Origin: Bispira polyomma
Taxonomy: Eukaryota
Length of the DNA: 64,000 nt
Reading direction: 5' to 3'
NCBI GenBank assembly: GCA_965649765.1
Contig: OZ287753.1
Coordinates: 77,128,001 to 77,192,000, forward strand
The notes under the pieces were generated by a model that saw only the letters and a program-made list of their open reading frames with translations, was not told where the DNA came from and searched no databases. This document shows, one piece after another, positions 14,093 to 28,770 of the stretch (position 1 is the stretch's first letter; each line of letters begins with the position of its first letter). Position numbers and translations under genes: made by a program.

Positions 14093-14425
14093 TTATTTTT
14101 GATCTAAACACATCAAAGCTCCCATAGTTTCTATTAAATGGTTATTTTGGAGCAAATTACGACAGACAGGGCAGTAGAAATGCAGACATCTACTCACAAA
14201 AGCATACTCTAAAGGTAAAGGATAGCGACAATGAGAGCAAGTCATTGCCTCTATGCTTTCTTGGTAGTATTGACACCATCTTGGAGCAATTTGGAGATCC
14301 GCTGCTGTTGGGCTTAAATTTAAAATAAAGACTGCTTTGAAGACATAATGGAAGTCTCCCATCATTAGACCATTCCTATAATCTTGCCTAAATCTTGGTT
14401 GACAAAAACGACTGTAGGGGTCCAA
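14093..14425 (-). pseudogene. RING-finger (C3HC4-like) protein of the older element; decayed frame probably extends upstream to ~14880
   Basis: CSHC-x12-CLHFYCPVC-x17-CLD spacing at the C-terminus. Confidence 0.6.
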
Positions 14426-15949
14426 TAAAACAAGTGGGCGGATGCTAAGTTGTCGATGTAGAAATTATACGGCTTCAGGAAATATGGTTCCCGCAGCTCC
14501 AATCAGCATAAAGGACATTTTTTTTCTCTCCGTGTTTTCCATACCCCAAATTTTTAAGAGTTCTGTGGCACAATGGCACATATAAAATGCCCACAAACTT
14601 GTGTTATCAAAATCTCTATTCTCTAGAGATTATTCCAGCAAACCATGCAAGACCATCTCCCTCATCACCCCAGCAAAATATTCCTCAAAACAAGTATATC
14701 TCTGGCTTGAAAAAAACTTATATGTTGTTTTTTCAAAAAAATCCCATAAAAATGTTAGTTATTATCTGCCATTTTTAAATCTTTATTCAAAGTTGTTCAC
14801 AAAAAATCAGGTAAAAGAAAAAATAGTTGTTGCAAACCCAAAATCAAAATCTGGAATAATGATTTGAGAATATTTCATTTCTAATTACCAGCATAATGGG
14901 ACCATTGGTTAGATATTCATTAGTTTTAAGTATATTATTTAGAAAGCATTCCAAGATAATCCTTAATAAATTATACATCTTTATTAGAGAAAAATGGTTA
15001 TATACTTCAACAAAATTTATACAGGTGAGGTAGTACTTTGATCAGTACGTGACAGAAAGTAGGCTATATAGTGACAGATAAGAGACCAGCAAGAGCCAGA
15101 TTGACAACAGGTTAAATATAATCTTAATTAATTATTCTTAAATAATTAAATCTTAACATGAATCTGAAATAGTCTGTATTAGTCTATTTTAACAATAGTA
15201 AAGACCAGATTGAAGCTTAGACTAGATGGCGCTAGTGAAGTAATCTTTATTAATTATTCAGCTTTATAAAATAAAATTTTGATATGGATATGAAATAGTC
15301 TCTATCAGTCTATTTTAAGTAAACAAACTCTATAATGATCAGAACACATTCATAATTTACCATCTTTTCTCATTGCCATCGTCTTGGCATAAAAAAAATC
15401 TCTCCTACTTGTTGACATTATTCATTCAGCTTATTTCTTTTCCTAGATGGTGTTTTAAATTTTTTGTTATTTTTCTATGTTTAATTCATCATTTAATATT
15501 ATATATCCAATAATGATAACAAGAATCTTGTACAGATTTATGTGATAGTTTATCATTTAAATCGAGGTAATAGATATTCTTATAATATATGCTTTGTAAT
15601 CCTTTCACAGAAGTGACTTCATCTTATTTATGACAGCTCTGCACTAATTTGGAATATCTGTAACCCATCTTGGAAAGAGACACAATCCAAGATTTTAAAA
15701 AAAATTAATAATTCACTCCATCTAAAATCAAAGTTAGGAAACAGAATATAGTTAAAGGTCAAAAGAAATGGTGTCCCAAAATATTTAGATTTTCTGTCTC
15801 ATAATGTACTAAAACACCCTTAAATATCAGGCATATACTTCCAGTATACAAAACTACAGTATATCAGCCTTAAATTTACTTTCAAAGAAAAAACACGAAT
15901 CCCTCTCGGTAACGCCATTGTTTGTTTACTTTTGACGAGCGTTGATTGA

Positions 15950-15968
15950 TGACGTCAGTGGAGCCAAA
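15950..15968 (+). promoter_or_regulatory. Subterminal 19-bp motif TGACGTCAGTGGAGCCAAA (CRE core) upstream of KolX; exact inverted copy at 30078-30096 upstream of the transposase
   Basis: Exact inverted match, each copy ~195 bp inside a Kolobok end. Confidence 0.6.
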
Positions 15969-16000
15969 TATCAAACGTAATAAAATCTGAAACTGTAAGT

Positions 16001-19000
16001 ATGGCTTCTGGCAGTGAAAGCGATTGTGAAAATTTAGCTTTTGTAATGAAGAAAGAAGATCCTGTTCCATATATTTACGAACCACCAGCAGGACTTCTAG
16101 TGGGTGAAGAGAGTTCATCCAGTGAAAGTGAAGGAGAACCTCAGAGATCAGAGAGTGCCGCCAGTTGATCCTGCTGCTTGGTTTGTATTTCTGTCAGTTA
16201 TTATCTCTCTGAATTTTGTCAGGTTTTAAATCACTCTATTACACACACACACTGCTGATAAACCCAGTCACTTTCCACACACACATATATACAGACTCCA
16301 TATATACTGCTGTTTTCTTTCCTTGATATGGCAGGTTGGGGGGGGGGGGTCAGGTCTTTTTTGTGTGAAAAAAAAACACACTTCTCATGCAGATCACAAT
16401 TTTGTGTGTGTGTACTTGAGGTTAGTTAGCCCTTCCTTGGATCAAATTTATTGCAACACAGACCACACTATTTTGTGGGAGGAATTGGGGATTTGAATAT
16501 CATCTTTTTATAAACTGTTTATTTTTTTTATTACAGCAAAATAATCCATGGAATATATTACATGAATTGGAATATGTCAAATCAACATCAAGTGTGCACA
16601 CAAATTAGCCTCTTGTCCAAGCGGATATATACTTTGCATATTGGCCTCCTTAGGACAACCTATATATTTTTTCTCATTGTAAGACATAGATATAACCCTC
16701 CCCATAAAGTAACTCATGTACATTTGTGAAGGGATATCTTATAGATCAGGCTAGGCAGTCTGTGGAAAAAAGTGGAAAGCACTGAGACTTGAACAGTGTT
16801 GGGTTACAGTCCCCCCTCAGAGACACACTCCATTGTTATGAATTCATCATCCTTCACTGAGTTAGTCTTTGTACACATGTATGCAGCCTCCAAAAATAGA
16901 TTGACTTGCTTTTAGTCCAACATTACATAGAACTACCTATATGTGTATCTGTATTTTAAAATTTCTGATAGAGTCTTTACAATTAGTTAGGCAAGGTTAA
17001 ATAAAAAACCTTTTTGTATGTTGCTATATTTACACCAAAATACACCAATGCTTAAATTATTGAGTTTTAGAAACCAAAAAGTTTACTTTTCTCAATAGAA
17101 GTAAAAAGCTTGAACTAAAAGATCAACAGATAAAGAATATTATATAAAGTCATTTGATAGTGTGGTCATAAAATACATTTACCTGGAGAAGTAACAAGTA
17201 AAACTGAGAATTATCTCATTAGATATATAGATTTAACTGTTTTCTTTTCTGCACAGTGTGTAAATCTGGTATGTTATACAAGTGTCATTTTATGGCCAGT
17301 TCACATATTGGCGGTATGGTAGGCAGTAGCAGGATGTATTGTAACTTGTTTTTTTGCTTGTCCAACTTCTCCAGCTAATTGTCGGGACAGAAGAGTTACA
17401 ATAGTGATACGGAAATAGTTAGAAACAAGCTGAACAATTATGCATCAGTGAGGCATAAGTTTGAACATGTCCAAAACTTACATCTTGCATGGCCAACTGT
17501 TGAAGATTTGGGAAGGAAGCTGCTATAAAGGAAGTAAAAGATAGGGTTCTCCACACTACAAGGTGATTTACATGTCTCTTACTGTGTTTCCATACCGTCA
17601 CAGTGTGAACCGTACATAAGTACGTGTCGCTACATTAGGAAGTGTTGATCACTGGTTCTCTAAAAATTTGTTTAAGGATTGTGACTTCATGACTTGACTT
17701 AAGTGTAGACATGATCTAGTTGACTACATTTCATTTGTGTACTGGAATTTCTTTAAAAAAAAATTTTTTTCCTTAAACATAATTAAATAGTACTGATTGG
17801 CCCTTATGAAATAATTATAGATATATATTAGATCACTTTAACCAATACATATTTGATTTAAATACCTGCTTAAACACTAATTTATGTTTTACAAGTTATA
17901 ACTCAACTGTACCAGTATTGTATACACTCCTAACTTGTACAGGACACATATACATGTATATTGCAAAAACAAATCAAACCCAGCTCACTGTAACAGTGAA
18001 ACCTGATCATTAACAAGTGTGAATACCATGAAAGCAGGATGTAAAGTGAAGCCAGCTAGTGGAATGTTATCTCCTGTAGTTCCAGAGTGACATGATTGAT
18101 GTCAGTTAGAACTACCTGTTTAGACTACTGTAAGCTATAAAGACTACTCTTTCAGTTGAAAAATACAATGCCTCAATTTGAAAGTGTATATAGTATATTC
18201 TTGAGGAAATAGGTTATGATGTCAAAGCTTTGGTACACTGCAGGCTCATCAATGTAAACTATCCAGACAGGTGTTGATAGATCTGTTTGTTACACACACT
18301 ATGGGAGGTGGGAAGGAAAACCCATTTAAAGGTTCCCTGACACCATTTTAATTGAGATACAGCTATTTAAATAAGTCACAACATTCTATAATAGCTGATT
18401 CAGTTTGGCTTTATAGTCAAACTTCTTTAAGTAGAACTCTGAAAAGTGGAATTACCTTTTAAGTAGAATTTCTGTTAAGTGGAACTAAGTTTTATAGTTC
18501 CTTTATAGTCGAACTAGGTTCCAATGTATCTATACATCACTATAAATGTTTAGAACTACATGTAATGTACATTAAATTATGTAACTAAGATTGTTAATGC
18601 TTCAGAAATATTATATAAAAGAATAAGATAAATCTCCTGAACATTTATGGTGACTGGTAAATAAAGATAATTTTACCTATTGAATGAGATTCAATGCCTT
18701 TGTCAACAAATTAATAAAAGGTAAGTGTACAAAGTTCTGTAGAAAGTTTATTGAATCTTTCTGAAATTATTCAAGCATACATGAACAATGCAAAAAGACA
18801 ACATTTACATTTGACACACATGGTTTTATATATTTATAAATAACAATTGGCTAATCACAATTAAACTTACTATCTTACTAATGTCAAAATTGAATCGTTA
18901 TCATCTTAAAAAGTATAGTTTATAAATGAGACATATTGTCATAGGTGTGGTAAGTTTTGGCCTGGTACATTTGACCCTGAACATTTTGTCCTGGTACCTT

Positions 19001-19640
19001 GTGTCCTGGTACCTTTTGTCCTACATCCCTTGAAGTATTATCCTGTGTCGGGCGAAAGAGTTGTATGCAAAAATTAATTTGATACGACTGAAAACTGACT
19101 CTCATTTGCTTTTAAATAAGAAAGAAATAAGATCACATTAATATAGGATAGTCACCTAAACCAATATGTCTCCAAAATTATAATCATAACATACTGCATT
19201 TACATAGTTTTACGCTATATTGAAATGATAATATCATTTTCAGGTGTCTCTGTGGAAAATGCCAAGTGATGCCTACTGTATTAGAAAATGTGTGCTGCCA
19301 TTCCTAACCCCAATTTAAGTCCAGACTGATGAGTAGGGAGGGGAAGCAGCACCAGTGTATCACAGATACCACAGGATTCCAAAGTGTTTGTTTGGATATG
19401 GACGTGGCTGAGATGAACTACTACGACTTCAGGGAAACATATGGCCAGCATGGGGATGATGAGAAAATGTGTGAACTGTATCGTCATTTGGCATACAGGA
19501 GACTTACAAGATGGACATTTAGAAAGCTAGGCAAGTACAACAGGAAAGTGTTACCATCTTGTACAGTAACTGCAATACGACAGGCATATCCAAATGAGGA
19601 AGACAGTCCATATACTGGCTCTAAATATCCATTTATATAA
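16001..19640 (+). pseudogene. KolX protein (P2X7 cytoplasmic ballast-domain homologue); exons ~16001-16180 and 19244-19640
   Basis: Exon 1 MASGSESD...PYIYEPP; exon 2 (W)CLCGKCQVMPTVLENVCC..CIT...F.SVCL...YRHLAYRRLTRW...LGKYNRKVLPSCTVTAIRQAYP...YTG. Frameshift in exon 1 and one stop in exon 2. Confidence 0.85.
18950..19025. repeat. 15-bp tandem repeat (about 4-5 units, TTTGTCCTGGTACC-like), probable non-autonomous repeat end
   Basis: Repeating cctggtac / tttgtcct units read directly. Confidence 0.5.
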
Positions 19641-21376
19641 TTTTCAGGCTCAGGCTATTTGGTTCAGTTTTCCTATATTTATAATTAGTTGAATAGTGTT
19701 TTAACAATTGAGTAATAAGTCTCTTCACGGGCAGTTTATTGGTAGAGGAAAACAGTACAAGGTAGTTGGTCAAGGTTTTCTGTGCTACAATTGTCCTCCT
19801 TCAGGAACCCTATTGAGGTGAAAGTGTTACCACTACACATATCAATCAATAATCAACTGATTAATCCTAAAATTTAAAAAAATCAGTACATGACAATTTT
19901 TTCTCTGGTCATATATTTAATTTCACAAACAGTTCAATATATGATCAGGATAAAGTCTTCTTAAATCTAGTTGTGCGCCTTTCTACTAGAATGTGTTTTG
20001 GTGTGGATCTGTCGGGATGATCATACCGAGTGCACACTGCAGGAGGAGCACAGTCACTGTTTGCTGCTCTAGCTTGCCGATAACTTGGGTAGGCCTGCCG
20101 AAATGCCACTACTTCTTCCAGTAGATTTTCAGCATATTCTGTGTCATATAAAAACATAAGACTAATCATGAAATCACCACACTTACATAATTTTTGCAGA
20201 ATGCTATGCATAGATAGGCACATCATTCTACTGTTATATTATCAGAGTAGATGTTGTAGATGTATTTGGTGTCGATAGGACAAAGGGATCCCATATACAT
20301 GTACAAGAAACTCAGCTATCAGATATCTTATTTATGATCTCTCATTGCCAATTTTAGATCCGGAACACTTAAACTAGTAGTACAGACAGGCAGACACAAG
20401 ATAAAAGAGTAATCAAGAAGAACGACACTTTCTTATTGATTGCCCAATGTAGAATCACATATTACATAATAAAAATATCAGTGTTGATTTCTTTCATTTA
20501 ATTTCAAAAGAAAAACTAATTAAGTTTATTCTTCAAGTGACCTAAATTTGAAAAAATGTGTTAATTTTATGTACAATATGGGAATTAAGAAAATTTTAAT
20601 TGGTTAGAGAAAGTATTTTGCCTGATAATGTGGTGTTCCTATTGTTATTTTTGTTCATGCGTTAGTTTGCTAATGTAATAATTAACACTTGTAATAACAC
20701 ACTTATAAATTTGTACTTGATTGTGAAGCTGATTTATAAGCCTTGCCTGAGTGCTATTATGCTTACCTTTTTTAATTTGTAAAATATGTTTGCATAGTAT
20801 ATTGTCAGTTTAATAAAAAAAATTATCTAGCTATCTTTGCAGAAACCACTGCAAGAAGTAAATTATCACAGGACACAATACTTACGATAGGTACATGGTT
20901 TTTTCACTTCTTTCACAACAGCTCCACCTTTCTTGGCTTTAGGATACGAAACAGCAAATAGTGCATTTCCCTCCTTGGACACCTGCTGTGGCCTGTTTGC
21001 ATTTTCGTTTTGGTGCAGTACTGCTAACAGAATCCTGGGAAACCAATAAATTAAAAAAATTACATTATATAAGAACTGGTCATTGTGGAAATAAGGCCAG
21101 CTACCTCATAGCCAATACAAGACTCTGCATAGACACTACAACATCGTTGTGTTAACTAACAAACAATTTCCACCGATTATAAATGGCCACCACAGATTTG
21201 CCTACCTATTTCATTTCTCACGTAACAACTTTACCATTTCATCAACCATTCTTTACAAAAGTGGAAGTTATGCCTAAATGTGCCTGAACATAGATTTGTA
21301 AAGTTTTTTGCTCTATCACCTGAACTCTGCTGCACAATATAAGACCGTAAACATAAACATGACATTAAACTTGTAT

Positions 21377-21597
21377 ATTCTAATGTGGCAGTCACACTGT
21401 CCAAGTTCTCACCACGTTTATACCCGTTTACTACCCATCATTAGAACTTGGCTGGTCGGGAGAAAATGGGGGAAAAATGTTCATTTGCATATATTTGCAT
21501 CCCCGTTCAAGCCCCGATTAACCCTATTTATGCCCTGTTAGGCAGTGAGTAAACAGCCCTATAGAACGTGGACAGAACGTGACTGCCACATAAGAAT
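21377..21597. mobile_element. MITE in a Kolobok intron
   Basis: Imperfect ~30-bp inverted ends ATTCTAATGTGGCAGTCAC... / ...GTGACTGCCACATAAGAAT. Confidence 0.55.
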
Positions 21598-22351
21598 GAA
21601 GGCCCAGTGATAATATTTTTATAGAATCTAGAATTTTATATTGAACATACAACGACAACAATGAATGGATGAATGAACACTGTAAACAAAGAAATATACA
21701 CACATAGTTAATAATGTCCTCTCCATGAAAACAATACTAATTTTATAATTTCAGACAAACATAAATGAGAAAGATTATTTCTGTATTATCACAAATTATA
21801 GTTGTGCATATTCTTTAAAATCCCTTGAAAGGTATTATCTTTACCTATATGTTTCTACTGCTAAACTACGTCGATTGTCAATGGTACATACCTTGCCTCC
21901 ATTGCTGCAAAACTGTAATGTGTTGATTTAGGGGCAAAATATATGACAACTTTATGATATGCCTCTAAAGATGAAGTTTGTTCTGATGGTGACAGTTTTC
22001 GCACAGCAGCCAAAAGTCTTGTACTGCACACAATGGCACCCAGTTCCTTATATGCTTTTGAGCCTTGAAATAAAATAAGTAAAATTTATCAAGGAAAGTT
22101 ACATCTGTCCGCAAAAATATTTATGGATTTTACAAACATTCTCCCAAAAAATAAAGTTACTTTCAAAATTACCTTGTAGTATCACTTTCACATGTTTTAA
22201 AGACAGAATATCAATAACTTTAGTCTTGAAGATACCTAACATCAAGCACTTTACAGAAATCTAGTCCATTTTGGAAAGTGGTGATTTAGATTTGAAGCTA
22301 TACTTATTAGAAGGGTCTATTTAAACTAACATAAATATATAAATACATATA

Positions 22352-22524
22352 CAGTCAAACCCCTTTAAGTAGAACTCTCATAAGTGGAATTACCTGTTAA
22401 GTATAAGTTATTTTAAGATCCTATTGCTATATTTCTAATTAAAACTTATCCTGTTAAGTATAATTTCTTTTAATTAGAGTTTTTTTTATTGTCTCTTCAC
22501 ATTCCACTTAACAGAGTTTCGCTG
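22352..22524. mobile_element. Tc1/mariner-type MITE (related fragment near 18413-18520)
   Basis: TA-flanked CAGTCAAACCCC..TTAAGTAGAA / TTCCACTTAACAGAGTTTCGCTG ends. Confidence 0.55.
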
Positions 22525-25500
22525 TATAATAGTGAATGTGACTATTGTTTTATAAAGTCCTCACATGTCTTAACAGCTATGTGATCGTGTATTCAATGAC
22601 TTGAAGATAATTAAACCTTGATTTAAAGATTTTGTGGTAAACAATATAAAGTTATATACATAAAACATTCAATGGTGATATTCTATTTATATATGCATGT
22701 CTGGGTATTTATTATAAGTAAGTAAAATAGTACCTTTATCAAGCCATGCTTTTTGCTCTGTAATTTCCCCATGCATACACTTTGGGAATACGGGATCATG
22801 ATCAGCATGCACATTGGCAATGTGATTCATCATACTCTTCCATTTGGCCACACATAGCTCTCCATCCCCTCCACTAGTTGCTGCACACCAGTAAAGGTGG
22901 TTGGCAATTGAGTGGGCCCACTCCTTTAGGATTGCACAGGACTTGTGTCTCTTACTGATGGCCACTATTTTTTGTTCCACACCTGCATAAACATATAAAC
23001 GTATAGTATAAAATCTACCCCTTGATTTAATTCAAATTACAGCTGTCTCCAGTAACTGAGTAATAAGCGGTGATGACAGTGGAACTGATAACAATGTGTG
23101 AAACATTGATTTGATGCGAGTTTGGATTTAATGTTGCTTTCAACACATTGTATAGCTCATATCATAATGGGCAGTTTCACTTGTGGGTGAAAGCTGTGCA
23201 TGCTACTTGGTCAAGATTCTGCACTTTAAACCACCGATCATCAGCAAGTAACTGTCAACTTTCGCACTGATTCGAACCCAGGACCTCAGAGATGGGTTAC
23301 CACTGTGCAAAGTAGTCCTTACTCAAAAGATCAAATGAATCATATATAGTATATTACATGGTCTGATTTTTAGCAAGAATGAATAATGCACTTTTGAAAC
23401 ATTTTAATTCATTAACAATAATACCTTGGAAAATTATTAGAGAAAAACAAGTGGATTGTAATTCCCTGTTTTCATTAAGCCTCCAGCCTTACTTCTTATA
23501 TTTAATATTCATGTATTTGTCACTTTATTTTGAGTAAATATTTTTTCATGGTATACCCATGTTCTAACAGAGATCAAACTAAACTGTTGAGAAGTAACTT
23601 TGGCAACATGCCAGCAATCATACCAATGATCATATAGGGGACACTCCAATTTGAGAAATTTCTGAACCTGGAGATGACGATCGGTGGTGATGTTCTGCAC
23701 ATCTATCCCCTGCTCCTCCAGAAAAATTAAACTTCTCTTTAAACCCTCAAGCTCCATAGCTCCAGAATTAGCAACTTCATTAGACTGCAAATATATATAT
23801 GTACAAGTTATAGAAGATAAAGTAAGCTGGCACATAATGATATGTTCTTATTATAATGACCAACATCTCAACTTCATGAAATGATTCATCTGTAAAGGTT
23901 TAAAATTACCGACCATTTACCACAGAATTTTAACATCACCTTGATGAAACACTACTCAACACTAAAAGAGTACTCAGCGGGCATGTTTAATAATTTTTGT
24001 CCTTGTGTTGCCTTGGTAGAGTTTTACTTAAATTTGATGGTTTATTCCTTGGCCCACATATACATAGTTTACAGCATAATTATCAGTGAAATTAATCTGG
24101 AGGAAAAAATTACCTGCACAAGTTGCATGTCTAGCACCTTGGTTGTGATCAAATCCATGAGGGAGTAACTGCCATATTTGGCTGTGTGGTCTGGAGAGCA
24201 GCACCTCCCATCTCCCCCAATGGACACTGGTCCCTGACCCCTCACCTCTTGCAACAACTGCTGCTACTCACACTGCCAGTGTGAATGCACAGTTGGAATC
24301 AGGTAGCTTCTCTGGATGTTGTAGTAGGTCCTGGCACTCACCACAGGTACTCTGAGAAACTGCAATACACATGTTCAACAGTATGTATACAGTCCACTTA
24401 CTAGCATACAGCACAGAATAACACAAAGTAGTTGAAGACTTCATGCAGGTGTGTGTTATCACTTCTCAATCAACAACGTTGATTTTTTATCTGATTTGGG
24501 TTCAACGTCACTGTCAACACATATAGGTCGTATCACGATGGGCAGTTTCAGTGGTGGAGGAAACCAGTGCATACTAGTTGATCAAGATTCCACACTGTAC
24601 GAGGGTGTTAGCACTGCGCCATCGAGGCCCCAAATTAACAATGTTGAATGAAATTATATTATACATGTATATTAATTGCCCATTTCAATTTTATTTTTAA
24701 TTGCAAGAGGGATAAACAAACATATTGTTGTAAATTACATGGAGGTTAATACAACCTAAACTTTACAAATGTATCTTAAGTTTAAATCTTAGCTGTTAGT
24801 TGAATATGGCTGGTTTCAACCTTTAATGTTAATTAACACAAATTAGCTTCATCATATTAATGGCTTTTTGAGGGCTACTGCCAGTAAAGAGGATAGCCGC
24901 AGCAAACAGGAGGTTACCAAATGGCATTGTACCACTGGTTGGCTGACTGCACCATATGCGTTTGTGGTTATTCTTGCACACCTGGAAATATTTCGTTTAT
25001 TTTATACATGAAGCAAATAAATAACACAAATACTTCATACAACATAGGAAGACTGGCTATGTATTATACTATAGAAATTATTGCATTCACTGTCAAAACA
25101 AACAAGTTAAAATACTTCTGTAAACTAGAAGTTACAGCCCATCAGAATCTATACAGACTACCAGAAATATAAACCATTTTTGCAGTAAAATTGTATACAT
25201 TATCTTGTGTAAATAACACTTGTAGTCACTAATCTGACATGGAACAGCTACTCACTAATCCTTACTTTGTAAGACAGCAACAGCCCACTAACATGTCCAG
25301 AAACTAGTTAATTATGGTCACTAATCCTCCTGTTTGCATTAAATAATTGGGGTTTAATGTTTGATACATTTGGGGCTGCAATTTGTGGAAATAAGACCTA
25401 TACAAAACTGAGTGGAAACCAAAGTTTGATTATGAACGCAGACGCCAGATAGCAAAATACAGAAATAATATGGGGGAGATATATAATTACATCAGTTATA

Positions 25501-27859
25501 CCTGCTCAACTGTAAGAGCACTTCCAACAAGTTTTACAACATGTGCTTCACAAGAGCACAGACATAATGGACAAGATTCCAAGAGCTTCAAAAGTGCAGA
25601 TTCGAAGACAAGAAACTTCCTTTCCTCTTGTGGAACCTTTCCCGACTTCAGCTGTTCAATTCTGAAAATATATAGTTGTAAAAAGTCTTAGTGAAAGAAT
25701 GTACAATAATCAGTGAGATATTATTTACATGATAATTATTATTAATTATTGTTAACTATAAGGCTTAGTGACTGTGGAAAGGCTAGGACACAAAGCAGTG
25801 AAAAACAAGTTAAACAACTAAATTAAACCAAATAGATGTGTACAAGATCAAGTGCTTCATTGTATATAAAATATATATACAGTCTATGGAAAAGGTGTCT
25901 TTGGGAACCTTTAAATGTTTTTATCCTCCCCCCCTCCCCTGCTGTGTGTAACCACAAATCTATCAGCACCATGTCTGGATTGTTTAAATTTATACATAAA
26001 ATATGCTACATTTTTGGAAACAAGTGATCAACACATCCACATACTAATGCAGGGTTCACACTATGACGGTATTGAGAGGTGGTAAGAGAATTTATGAAAT
26101 TCGCCTTATGGCACTGGGAATCCTATCGGTAACTTTGTTAACTTTAGCTTCCTTCCAAAGTATATCACTAAGAAATCTTCCGCTTAGAAAACTCAATACT
26201 CAAAAATCTGAGTATTTCCGTATCCCTACTGTAACATTCATACCAGTAATTGTCTGTGAAACTTATATGACAAGTTTTACTCCATTTGAGAGTTATATCA
26301 CTTCTAGTCAAAACCACTCAGTGAGGGATGATAGATTTACAACATTAAGTGTGTCTGTGAGTGGGCAACTGTAAACAAACACCTTCCCAGTCTCCTTCCA
26401 GGGACATATTTTCCATAGACTGTATACACAGATCAGTTGTCTCTTGAAAGTTAAACTATACACATGTGCTTTTGTGACTATATCAAAAAGTGAAAATATA
26501 CATATAACTTAAGAGCGGTTCCCACTTTCACACCAGCCTTGCAATTTTTGCTGCTTACCCAGCACTTATCTGCCGCAGTGAAAATATGCATTTATTGCCT
26601 ATCAAATCTGGTTTCTAATCAGGGTCTGTCAGATCATATTACGTATGGAGGAAAGTATAGTGATGCTCCTGCTGTGTCACGTTCATTGCCGAAATTTGAG
26701 TTTTTTCTAAATTTCTACAATGGCCATGGAGATCTACGCTTACTTAGGATTTCAGATGGAAATCACTGTGGGTTCAAATTTTTATAACTTTTACATTGAG
26801 GGATGTTTCTGCGACCGGCTAATCGCCATACAAGCACAAGTATAATTTTTTCGCTAAAGTGGGAGGCGGGCTTTACCTTTAATGAACTCTTGTTTTAGTA
26901 CTAGTACAAATACTAGTAGTAGTATACTTATTGTATAAATATATGCAAACAGATATGAAAATATGAAACAGTCTTCTGCAATTCAGGTATTAATTGTATA
27001 AATTTTAGGTATACTAATATATTCGTTATTCGGTTGAAAAATATTTTTGTATTAATGGTTAATTTCAAATATGAAAATTATATTAAAATTATGAAATGAC
27101 AGAGTCTGAAACACTTACTGTGGTTCATCTTCATCTGATGAATCATCATCACTGTCCAGGTCCTGCTCATCTTTCACATTCCAGTCTGGGTCCTCATCCT
27201 CACCGATACTGACATCTCCAGTACCAGTCACATCATCCTCCACCTCCATGTCTTCAGGCTGAAACATCGGGTCGCAGGCCTGATCCTGACTTGGCACTGG
27301 ATCTGTCTGTATGGTGAGGGACTTCACTGGAATGGTTGTCTGGGTCCCTTTCACCCTTGTCTTAGAGCATGTCTGGGTGGCCACAGAAAGGTTCTACAAG
27401 TAAAGAAAATACACACAACAAGGTTTTTTGCATAACATTAAGACATATTATTTATCAATTATAATGTAATTATGATGCCCAGTTTTGTAAGATAAAACAC
27501 TTTTTCAAAATTACTTGTCATAAACAGTATTTAAATCAACACAACAGAACAATCAACAGTTAGAGTTTGAAGATGAAAACAGTAGAAATGACCTTACTAC
27601 CAATATTGTTGCAAGACCTGGATTTATAGTTGAATCTGTTACATAATCCTTCATTTCTACGGGAAAACATTTTGCAAAATATTGCATATACATGTATTAG
27701 TATCTACTTTTATATCCAATAAATTTGCTAGAACTGACTTCCAATAAGAAAATAGTACATTAGAACGGTTTTAAACATCAAATTGTCAGTCCATAAAATA
27801 CACCATCTGACAAAGGAAATAACATTTTTAAAATTCTGTTAAAGGTTTTCTCATGTAAA

Positions 27860-28770
27860 AATAATAATAATTGAACCATTTATATAGCGCCAAATTGATG
27901 AAAACATCCTCTAAGGCGCTGGTATGCAAAAAGGGATAATCAAGGGGCAAGCAAAGGTCGTTACCAAAAAGCATCCACCAAGGGAAGGGTGACTAAGGAG
28001 GGGGGTAGGCCAGTCTGTAAAGGTAGGTTTTCAGATGGCTTCTAAAACCAGAAATTTTATCCTGTGATCTGACAGTATGAGGGAGTTTGTTCCATTCAAC
28101 AGGAGCTGCAACGGCAAAACAGCGCCTACCGATTTTTCTGTTTGGTAGGGTTGAGGAGACGGAGAGGCGGTTTCCCCGGGTAAGGCTACTAGATTTGATA
28201 AGTGAGGAGAGATATGGAGGTTGGTTGAGTTTGATGGCTTTAAACACAAGAAGGTTGTATTTAAAGAGAATGCGCTGTTCGACAGGTAGCCAATGGAGTT
28301 TCTTTAGGTAGGGTGAGACATGGCTAAATTTGCTAAGCCTGTACACAATACGGCAGAGGGCATTTTGAACTCTTTGGAGCCTTGTTATGTTGGCCTTATT
28401 TATACCGTACAGCAAGGAGTTGCAGTAGTCTAGCCGGCTGCTCACCATTGCGTTAGCCACTTGCACCGCAGTTTCGTGACTGAGGTACCTGCGTATTCTG
28501 CGCAGATCGCGTAGATGGTAGTAACAGGCTCGGCAGACACTAGCTACATGACTACTGAAAGAGTTCTCTTGGTCGAAAATAACACCAAGGTTTTTGACTT
28601 TACTTGATGGTGACATATTGTTGTTTAGTAGACTGATTGGAAATAATGGTTTGCAGCTGTCTCGAGTCGAGTTTTCACCTATAGTGATGAATTCGGTTTT
28701 ATCTGGGTTGAGTTTAAGCTTGACGCTTTCCATCCATGTTTGCACAGCCTCGAGGCATTTTGCCAACTCT
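27860..28770 (-). mobile_element. 5'-truncated L2/CR1-type LINE fragment (RT C-terminus + 3' tail) inside a Kolobok intron
   Basis: ORF 27993-28766 with LKLNPDKTE, VKNLGVIFD, SRLDYCNSLL, LQRVQN, LHWLP; 3' end with GCGC hairpin and (TTA)n tail near 27860. Confidence 0.9.

Noticed and set aside
19329-19640. Host P2X7 receptor gene
   Set aside because: Only the ballast-like domain is present, inside Kolobok TIRs, so it is KolX.
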